DNA from: Alysiella sp.
Lineage (GTDB): Bacteria > Pseudomonadota > Gammaproteobacteria > Burkholderiales > Neisseriaceae
NCBI RefSeq assembly: GCF_030525755.1
Contig: NZ_JAUNEC010000013.1
Coordinates: 1-32,000, forward strand
Direction: 5' to 3'
Length of the DNA stretch: 32,000 nt
Below are positions 25,220 through 32,000 of this stretch, in pieces. The notes beneath the pieces were generated by a model. That model was not told where the DNA came from, did not search any database, and saw nothing but the letters and a program-made list of their open reading frames with translations. The position numbers and the translations under genes were made by a program. Numbering within the stretch: position 1 is the stretch's first letter; each line of letters opens with the position of its first letter.

Positions 25220-26605
25220 ATGGCTGAACTTCACACCCAAGCAACTTCCGAAGCAGATTTGGTTTACAAACTGGAAGACAAGCCCCCATTTTTTAATTCG
25301 CTGGTAAGCGCGATGACGCACTTACTGGCGATTTTTGTTCCCATGATTACACCTGCGCTGATTGTAGGCAATGTGCTGAAATTGCCTGTGGAAATGACCG
25401 CCTATTTGGTGTCTATGGCAATGGTCGCGTCTGGCATTGGCACTTATTTGCAAGTAAACCGTTTTGGCGTGGTGGGTTCGGGTATGTTGTCGATTCAATC
25501 GGTGAATTTTTCCTTTGTGGGCGTGATGATTTCGCTCGGTTTTTCCATGAAAGAGAAGGGTTTGGACGAAAATACCATGATTTCTACGCTTTTGGGTGTG
25601 TCGTTTGTGGGTGCGTTTTTGGTGTGTGGTGCGGCGTGGGCGTTGCCATATTTGAAACGTGTGATTACGCCCACCGTGAGCGGTGTGGTGGTGTTGCTGA
25701 TTGGTTTGAGTTTGATTGATGTGGGGATTACCGATTTCGGCGGCGGCTTTCATCTGAAAGGCACGGACGAATTTGGCAGCCTGAAATATGTCGGTTTGGC
25801 GAGTTTGGTATTGGCAATCGTCTTATTATTCAACTGCATGAAACACCCACTTTTGCGCATGAGTGGCGTGGCGGTGGGCTTGATTGTGGGCTACATTGTC
25901 GCTTTGTTTATGGGCATGGTGGATTTTTCGGCAATCAAAAACGCGCCGATTGTTACCATTCCCACGCCATTTAAATATGGCTTTCAATTTGATTTTGCGG
26001 CATTTTTGGTGGCTGGTACAATTTACCTGTTGAGTGTATTTGAAGCAGTGGGCGATTTGACCGCGACTGCGATGGTGTCGGGGCAAAAATACGAAGGCGA
26101 AGAATTTCAATCGCGTTTGCGTGGTGGCGTGTTTGCCGATGGTTTGGTTTCCGTGATTGCGACCGCACTCGGTTCGCTGCCTTTAACGACTTTTGCACAA
26201 AACAATGGCGTGATTCAAATGACAGGCGTGGCATCGCGTCATGTGGGTAAGTTTATTGCGGTGATTTTGGTGGTGGCAGGTTTGTTTCCAGTGATAGGTC
26301 GGGCGTTCACGACCATTCCCAGTCCTGTGTTGGGTGGCGCAATGGTGTTGATGTTTGGTTTGATTGCGATGGCGGGCGTGCGCATTATCATGACCAATGG
26401 CATCAATCGCCGCGAAGCCGTGATTGCCGCGACTGCTGTGGGCGTGGGTTTGGGCGTGGCGTTTGAACCCGAAGTGTTCAAATTGTTGCCCGAAGTGTTC
26501 CGCAATGCGATTGCGGCTGGTGGCATTACGGCTGTGGTGCTGAATGTGATTTTGCCGCTTGATGCGAGCGATAAGATTTATTTGTCGGATAAGAAACCCG
26601 AATAG
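25220..26605 (+). CDS. Nucleobase:cation symporter-2 (NCS2/NAT) family permease (xanthine/uracil type)
   Basis: 461 aa and polytopic, with the NAT signature region TFAQNNGVIQMTGVASR. Confidence 0.85.
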   Translation: MAELHTQATSEADLVYKLEDKPPFFNSLVSAMTHLLAIFVPMITPALIVGNVLKLPVEMTAYLVSMAMVASGIGTYLQVNRFGVVGSGMLSIQSVNFSFVGVMISLGFSMKEKGLDENTMISTLLGVSFVGAFLVCGAAWALPYLKRVITPTVSGVVVLLIGLSLIDVGITDFGGGFHLKGTDEFGSLKYVGLASLVLAIVLLFNCMKHPLLRMSGVAVGLIVGYIVALFMGMVDFSAIKNAPIVTIPTPFKYGFQFDFAAFLVAGTIYLLSVFEAVGDLTATAMVSGQKYEGEEFQSRLRGGVFADGLVSVIATALGSLPLTTFAQNNGVIQMTGVASRHVGKFIAVILVVAGLFPVIGRAFTTIPSPVLGGAMVLMFGLIAMAGVRIIMTNGINRREAVIAATAVGVGLGVAFEPEVFKLLPEVFRNAIAAGGITAVVLNVILPLDASDKIYLSDKKPE

Positions 26606-26647
26606 TGGGTAGAGAAATACCGTTTGAAAGCCAATTCAAACGGTATA

Positions 26648-26748
26648 GTTGCAGAACTGAAAAAGCAGTACAGCGTTGCCAACACCCTTATGTACTCGGT
26701 GTACACGGTGGGCATTGTCGCCTTGTACTGCTTTTTCATTTCTACGAC
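26648..26748. repeat. ~100-bp palindromic MITE-like element, copy b (best preserved)
   Basis: The left end is GTTGCAGAACTGAAAAAGCAGTAC. The right end, GTACTGCTTTTTCATTTCTACGAC, is its reverse complement at 21/24 positions. The inner arms are also partly complementary. An exact DUS lies 11 bp downstream (26759-26773). Confidence 0.75.
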
Positions 26749-26758
26749 CATATTTTCT

Positions 26759-26773
26759 TTTCAGGCTGCCTGA
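26759..26773. repeat. DNA uptake sequence TTCAGGCTGCCTGAA (intergenic)
   Basis: Exact 15-mer. Confidence 0.8.
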
Positions 26774-26785
26774 AACGTTTTTTGA

Positions 26786-28795
26786 TTAACGCAAACTGTG
26801 CAAGAAATGCATATGCGTATGATATTGTTGAATGATGTCGTTAATTACACCTTCTTTACTCCAAGCCATGATGTCATAATCCTGCCCCCCCTGACTTAAA
26901 TGCACTTCGGCACGATAATATTTTTGTTCTTCGGCTGCCTCTTCTGCGCTGTTGAATTGCTGGGCAAAGCGTGGCAAGATATAGGCTACTGCTTTGACTT
27001 TATAAGTAAAATCCAATTCTGCGCCATGTTGTACCGTTAAAATCACATATCCCGAACGTTCTTGCGATACTTGTGCGGATACGCCATGTTGTGCCAACTC
27101 TTGTGCCACATCGTTGCAGGCAGCCTGAACCGTTGTATCAATGAAATTTTCCACCACTTCACGTTTGGGAAAATCCATAATCACTTGCAAGCGTTCGCGC
27201 CATGCACCACTTCCCATTGCAGGCAGGGGCGTGGTTAAACTCAATTGCTGGATTTCTTGTTTTTGCACGTCCACTCGCAGGGCTTTCATCAAGCCATAGA
27301 TGGCAATCATCAACACGGTTACAAAAGGCAATGCACTGGCAATCGTCATCGTTTGCAATGCACCCAAACCGCCAACCAGTAGCAAAATCATCGCCACCAC
27401 GCCAGCACCTGCCGACCAATAAATGCGGTACGCCAAGCCTTTGCTGCCTTTACCGTGCGCGCTCAACATATCCATTACTAGCGCACCCGAATCTGCCGAT
27501 GTGATGAAAAACACCACCACCATCATCAAACCCACCGCCGTTAAAATCCCAGTTAAAGGCAAATGTTCAAACAGCGCAAACAGCGACAGCGATACATCTT
27601 TATTAACCACTTCGCCCAAATTGGCATGACCTTTGTTCAAAATCAAGTCAATGGCAGAATTGCCAAACACCGTCATCCACAAAAATGTGAAACCAGTCGG
27701 AATGAACAACACACCTGTTACAAATTGACGGATCGTGCGACCACGCGACACACGCGCAATAAACAAGCCCACAAATGGTGCCCAACTTACCCACCAACCC
27801 CAGTACAAAATCGTCCAACCACCAAACCAGTCGGTTTTTTGATAGGCATACATATTAAAAGTCATGCCCACAATATTAGATGCGTAATAACCCACATTTT
27901 GCACAAAAGCCTGTAACAAAAACACGGTAGAGCCTGTGAGCAACACAAACAAAAGCAAAATTGCCGCCAAACCCAAATTCAATTCAGACAGAAATTTTAC
28001 GCCCTTATCCAAACCACTTGCCACAGACAAGGTTGCCAAAAGTGTTACCACAATAATCAGGACAATTTGTGTTGGCACATTCACGGCAATCAAATTCGGC
28101 AGCAAATAATTCAAGCCAGTATTCACTTGCAACACACCATAACCCAGTGAAGTCGCCACGCCAAACAAAGTTCCCACCACCGCGAAAATGTCCACCGCAT
28201 CACCCCATTTACCGTAAATTTTCTCGCCAATCAAAGGGTAAAGTGCAGAACGCAAAGTAAGTGGCAAACGATGACGATAAGCAAAAAACGCCAAAATCAA
28301 CGCCACAATCGCGTAAATCGCCCACGCGTGCAAACCCCAATGGAAAAAGGTCAAACGCATGGCTTCACGGGCAGCCTGAACATTGCCACCTTCGCCCAAT
28401 GGCGGTGAGAGAAAGTGCATCACAGGTTCAGCCACACCAAAAAACATCAAGCCAATGCCCATGCCTGCCGAAAACAGCATGGCAAACCAAGATGTGTTAC
28501 TGTAATCGGGTTTGCTGTGGTCAGGACCCAATTTGATGTTGCCATAGCGTGAAATGCTCAAATAAACCGTTGTAATTAAAATGATTGCCACCGTGAGTAT
28601 GTAATACCAACTTGCATTGTCCACAATCAAAGCTTGTAAACTTTTGAAAGTGCTATCCGCCAATTTGGGTGCAATCACAGCAAACAGCAAAATCGCCAAA
28701 ATAATGCCACTTGCACCCAAAAATACATTCAAATTCAAATTGCGCCGCATCAATTTATCACGCCAAGTGTTTGATTGATTGGGTAAATGATTCAT
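26786..28795 (-). CDS. betT: BCCT family transporter (choline/glycine betaine type)
   Basis: 669 aa with the BCCT signature WTILYWGWWVSWAPFVGLFIARVSRGRTIRQF and a long cytoplasmic C-terminal domain. Confidence 0.85.
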   Translation of the reverse strand: MNHLPNQSNTWRDKLMRRNLNLNVFLGASGIILAILLFAVIAPKLADSTFKSLQALIVDNASWYYILTVAIILITTVYLSISRYGNIKLGPDHSKPDYSNTSWFAMLFSAGMGIGLMFFGVAEPVMHFLSPPLGEGGNVQAAREAMRLTFFHWGLHAWAIYAIVALILAFFAYRHRLPLTLRSALYPLIGEKIYGKWGDAVDIFAVVGTLFGVATSLGYGVLQVNTGLNYLLPNLIAVNVPTQIVLIIVVTLLATLSVASGLDKGVKFLSELNLGLAAILLLFVLLTGSTVFLLQAFVQNVGYYASNIVGMTFNMYAYQKTDWFGGWTILYWGWWVSWAPFVGLFIARVSRGRTIRQFVTGVLFIPTGFTFLWMTVFGNSAIDLILNKGHANLGEVVNKDVSLSLFALFEHLPLTGILTAVGLMMVVVFFITSADSGALVMDMLSAHGKGSKGLAYRIYWSAGAGVVAMILLLVGGLGALQTMTIASALPFVTVLMIAIYGLMKALRVDVQKQEIQQLSLTTPLPAMGSGAWRERLQVIMDFPKREVVENFIDTTVQAACNDVAQELAQHGVSAQVSQERSGYVILTVQHGAELDFTYKVKAVAYILPRFAQQFNSAEEAAEEQKYYRAEVHLSQGGQDYDIMAWSKEGVINDIIQQYHTHMHFLHSLR

Positions 28796-28930
28796 ACTCT
28801 TGCTCCTTATTTTTATTTATACAATAAAATCAATGATTTTTATATTTCTGTTTTTTAAAATAACACATCAAAAACATGATGAAAAGGAAAAATGTACTTT
28901 ATTTTGTTCAATCGCAATCATTTTCCTGCC

Positions 28931-28974
28931 AAAAGGCTGCCTGAAAACCCAAATGGGTTTTCAGGCAGCCTTTT
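28931..28974 (-). terminator. 20-bp-stem inverted DUS hairpin (rarD terminator)
   Basis: AAAAGGCTGCCTGAAAACCC aaat GGGTTTTCAGGCAGCCTTTT. It overlaps the rarD stop codon. Confidence 0.75.
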
Positions 28975-29866
28975 AGCGTGTATTGCGCCATGCACCAAAC
29001 AAGAAAACAACCACACCTGCCCATACCCACATAAAACCCGTTAAACGACTGCCATTTAAGGCTTCATTAAACAACCATACACCACACAACATTTGCAAAG
29101 TAGGCGACAAATATTGCAACACACCCAGTAACGATAAACTGATACGCCGTGCGCTAGCGGCAAACAACACAAGTGGTATGGTGGTTGCAGCACCAGACCC
29201 CAACATTACTGCCATTTGCAAAGCGTTCAATTCCGTCCAAACCAAATTATTTTGTATGCCACACCAAATTAAATAAACCAATGCCAAGGGTAGTAACAAA
29301 AGTGTTTCTAAAGCCAAACCAGGTAGTGCGTCCACAGGCGCAGTTTTGCGAACCAACGCGTAAGTGCCAAAACTGAATGCCAACAACAGCGACACCCAAG
29401 GGATTTGTCCCGCAGGGAAAGCCAACCACACAATGCCAATGAGTGCCAAAACCACCGCCCAAATTTGCCAAATATTGAGTTTTTCACGAAAAAACACAAA
29501 ACCCAATAAAATATTGAACAAAGGATTGATGAAATAACCCAAACTGGCGTCCAATACATGATGATTGTTGATTGCCCACAAATACACCAACCAATTTATT
29601 CCTATCAAAATGGAGGACAACATGAATGTTGCCAATAATTTAGGCTGCCTGAAAGATTGCCAAACCACACCTCCTTGCTTGAACCACAACAACAAACTCA
29701 AACAAAACACCGCCGACCACAATACACGATGTGCCATCACTTGTTCGGCAGAAATAGGCGACTGATTGATGGGATACCAGTAAATGGGGAAAAGACCCCA
29801 AAACGCATAGCAAACCAAAGCATACCCCAATCCTTTGCGTGCTTCGGTGGAAGAGTTATTGTTCAT
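28973..29866 (-). CDS. rarD: EamA/RarD family permease
   Basis: 297 aa with about 10 TM helices. The N-terminal block GLGYALVCYAFWGLFPIYW is typical of RarD. Confidence 0.8.
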   Translation of the reverse strand: MNNNSSTEARKGLGYALVCYAFWGLFPIYWYPINQSPISAEQVMAHRVLWSAVFCLSLLLWFKQGGVVWQSFRQPKLLATFMLSSILIGINWLVYLWAINNHHVLDASLGYFINPLFNILLGFVFFREKLNIWQIWAVVLALIGIVWLAFPAGQIPWVSLLLAFSFGTYALVRKTAPVDALPGLALETLLLLPLALVYLIWCGIQNNLVWTELNALQMAVMLGSGAATTIPLVLFAASARRISLSLLGVLQYLSPTLQMLCGVWLFNEALNGSRLTGFMWVWAGVVVFLFGAWRNTR

Positions 29867-30082
29867 GATGTTCTTTCTTGGTAAAACGCCTTATGTTAAA
29901 CCTGTGTGGCATAGCGGTAAAGCACAAAAAGCCGTATAATGCACGCCATTATGTAGGCTGCCTGAAAACATCTGTTTATCATGAAGCTGCCTGAAATCAC
30001 GTTCCTTAACAAATCCTTAAACGCTGTGCTGCCCCATGTTTCAGGCAGCCTGTTTATTTTATTTCACATACGGACAACCACC

Positions 30083-30880
30083 ATGAGTACACTCAATCCC
30101 GCCTTAAACACTGCTTTCAAAGCTGCACGCCGCGCAGGCGACATGATGATGCGTGCCGCCAACAACCTTTCTGCCGTTAAAGTGGACAGCAAAGCGTTTA
30201 ACGATTTTGTCTCCGATGTGGACAGACAAGCCGAAGCCATTATTATTGATGCACTCAAAGAAGCCTACCCACATCATCGCATTTTATCCGAAGAATCAGG
30301 TATTTCAGGCAGCCAGCGTGCCGAATTTGAATGGATTATTGACCCATTGGACGGCACAACCAACTACCTACACGGGCATCCACAATACGCCATCAGCATC
30401 GCCCTTTTAGAAAAAGGCGTGTTAAAAGAAGCCCTTGTTTACGCACCCGAACGCAATGATTTGTACACAGCTTCACGCGGTAAAGGGGCTTTATTGAACG
30501 ACCGCCGCATTCGCGTTTCCAGTCGCAGCGATTTGAGCCAATGTTTGATTGGCACAGGCTTTCCTGTAGTCAATCAAGATATTACAGACACTTATCTGAA
30601 AATCCTCAAAGAATTCTTAAGTAAAACCGCGGGCGCACGCCGAGAAGGTGCAGCATCATTAGATTTGTGTGCGCTGGCAACTGGGCGTTTTGACGGCTTT
30701 TTTGAATTTAATTTGAAACCATGGGATATTGCCGCAGGAGCTTTGATTGTGCAAGAATCAGGTGGCATTGTTACCGATATGCAGGGCAATCAAAATTGGC
30801 TGGAAAGCGGCAATGTGGTTGCAGCAAATCCCAAAGTCTTGGCGCAAATGTTGCGGATTATGGGTTCGTATTTGGCTTAA
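30083..30880 (+). CDS. suhB: Inositol-1-monophosphatase
   Basis: Motifs WIIDPLDGTTNY and WDIAAG are present. I set the start at ATG 30083 (MSTLNPALNTAFKAARRAG, 265 aa). The longer track ORF runs through intergenic DUS copies. Confidence 0.9.
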   Translation: MSTLNPALNTAFKAARRAGDMMMRAANNLSAVKVDSKAFNDFVSDVDRQAEAIIIDALKEAYPHHRILSEESGISGSQRAEFEWIIDPLDGTTNYLHGHPQYAISIALLEKGVLKEALVYAPERNDLYTASRGKGALLNDRRIRVSSRSDLSQCLIGTGFPVVNQDITDTYLKILKEFLSKTAGARREGAASLDLCALATGRFDGFFEFNLKPWDIAAGALIVQESGGIVTDMQGNQNWLESGNVVAANPKVLAQMLRIMGSYLA

Positions 30881-30905
30881 AAACGCAATATGCCATTTTT
30901 GGGAG

Positions 30906-30973
30906 TTAGAACCTGTATTCGTATGCTTTTGCGATAAAAATCCATCTATCAATCTTACGAATACAGGTTCTAA
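30906..30973. repeat. 18-bp perfect inverted repeat with a 32-nt spacer between the convergent genes suhB and the GT4 gene
   Basis: TTAGAACCTGTATTCGTA (30906-30923) pairs with TACGAATACAGGTTCTAA (30956-30973). The right arm overlaps the GT4 stop codon. Confidence 0.85.
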
Positions 30974-32000
30974 ATTTTATTTTGAACAACAGTACATATT
31001 CGCGCATAAATGGCTCGATACTGCGCCGCAATCGCTTCAGGCGAAAAATGTTTTAACTGTTCTTTTGCTTGTTGTGCCAAATGACTGCCTAATTCAGGTT
31101 GCCTATAAAGTTGGCTGATTTTCTCCGCCAAATCTGATGCATCATTGACTTGAAACAACAAGCCCGTTTTACCATCTTGCACAATGTCAGGAATGCCACC
31201 CACATTGCTGGCAACAATCGGCACACCATAAACCATCGCGTCCAATAAAGTGGAGCCCAAACCTTCGGTACGCGACGGAAAAGCAAACACATCCATTGCC
31301 GCCAAATAACTGCCCACATCTTCTTGAAAACCCAGCCAATACACATTGTCCAAATCTTGTGATTGGGCTTTAAATTGTGCCTCATCTGCACCCGAACCCA
31401 AAAAAAGAAACACACAATCAGGGTATTGCGTGGCAAATTGACGCGCCACTTCAATCAAGTCCGCCTGTCCTTTGTGCGCATCCACCAATGCACCAATATG
31501 CCCAATCACAAATTGATGAGCAAATTGTTGGCGCAAGGCCTGTGTTCGTGCTGGATTTTCAGGCAGCTTGGAAAATGAGTCTGCAATCACTTCAACAGGT
31601 ACAGCAAAATGCCGCAATTTTTCGGCAACTGCATGGGAAATCGCCACCAAAACTGCCGCTGAACAGTAGGTTTCCTGGGTTAAAAACGCTTTTTTCAACG
31701 CAAAATCCACACGACGCGTGATGAGATAAGGTGTTTTCAACATCAAATGATGCAAATATGCCCAATGTGCCGCACGGGCTTCATGGGCATGAACCACATC
31801 GGCTCGCCCTGCCTGAAAATGACCTTGCCATTGGGCGCGTGCATCAACGAAAGAGAGATGAGGCAAATTTTTTAATGCTTCTCTCATTGGCGAATGGTTA
31901 CGACAAACCAAAACTTGTTGCAAATCATTTTGTTGTGCCAATGCTTGTATCAGTGTAACCGTTTGTCGCTCGCCTCCACGAAAACCGCGTGCCAAATTCA
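30970..32000 (-). CDS. Glycosyltransferase family 4 (GT-B fold), 5'-truncated at the window edge
   Basis: It has the E-x7-E region FAFPSRTEGLGSTLLDAMVYGVPIVASNVGGIPDIV. The N-terminal GGERQ block sits at the window edge and the frame stays open to nt 32000. Confidence 0.85.
   Translation of the reverse strand, partial: NLARGFRGGERQTVTLIQALAQQNDLQQVLVCRNHSPMREALKNLPHLSFVDARAQWQGHFQAGRADVVHAHEARAAHWAYLHHLMLKTPYLITRRVDFALKKAFLTQETYCSAAVLVAISHAVAEKLRHFAVPVEVIADSFSKLPENPARTQALRQQFAHQFVIGHIGALVDAHKGQADLIEVARQFATQYPDCVFLFLGSGADEAQFKAQSQDLDNVYWLGFQEDVGSYLAAMDVFAFPSRTEGLGSTLLDAMVYGVPIVASNVGGIPDIVQDGKTGLLFQVNDASDLAEKISQLYRQPELGSHLAQQAKEQLKHFSPEAIAAQYRAIYARICTVVQNKI

Noticed and set aside
25322-26526. 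Several minus-strand ORFs (143, 94, 87 and 95 aa) inside the NCS2 permease gene
   Set aside because: They are antisense to a full-length polytopic transporter. Their His/Arg/Asn-rich or Ala/Thr-rich composition is typical of antisense frames.
29981-30082. 34-codon N-terminal extension of suhB
   Set aside because: It runs through intergenic DUS copies (encoding KLPEI and VSGSL). The SuhB-like sequence starts at MSTLNPALN (30083).
1-32000. Could the recurring 15-mers be a CRISPR array?
   Set aside because: Spacing is irregular (tens of bp to several kb). Copies occur inside coding regions on both strands, the repeat is only 12-15 bp, and no cas genes are present. The pattern fits uptake sequences and terminators, not CRISPR.

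Overview
This is a low-GC (about 40% by eye) chromosomal segment from a member of the Neisseriaceae. The assignment rests on about 26 exact copies (counted by eye) of the 12-mer AGGCTGCCTGAA, most of them embedded in the 15-bp palindrome TTCAGGC(A/T)GCCTGAA. This behaves like a DNA uptake sequence (DUS). As I recall, it matches the AG-simDUS/AG-kingDUS dialects of Simonsiella/Kingella-type Neisseriaceae. Left to right, the window contains three blocks. (1) A Type III restriction-modification operon: mod is 5'-truncated by the window edge and opens on in-frame AGCC units, and res follows it. (2) An ~8.4-kb Nf/MDA-like filamentous (inovirus) prophage on the minus strand, sitting between the convergent genes res and lepA. 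It carries rep, a ssDNA-binding-like gene, a pVIII-type coat, a TspB/pIII-like gene, a Zot/pI-like gene and small membrane ORFs. Its only recombinase is an IS110-family DEDD enzyme. (3) Housekeeping genes: lepA, fadD, a GT2-like glycosyltransferase, a P-loop GTPase, leuA (with an in-frame HTH-like upstream extension), fadL/ompP1, gltS, an NCS2 nucleobase permease, a BCCT transporter, rarD, suhB and a 5'-truncated GT4 glycosyltransferase. I saw no rRNA, tRNA or CRISPR array. The most interesting signals, in order: the IS110-type recombinase has a 224-nt structured leader containing a 10-nt copy of the junction core, making it a bridge-RNA candidate for phage integration. An 11-bp core is shared by both prophage junctions, together with 78-bp inverted repeats bracketing lepA. 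A 370-bp non-coding block inside the phage holds a perfect 30-bp palindrome, a GC-rich island and a long hairpin. A ~100-bp palindromic MITE-like family is present in 4 copies. DUS are embedded in frame in mod and res. All functional calls come from motif recognition by eye; no database search was possible.
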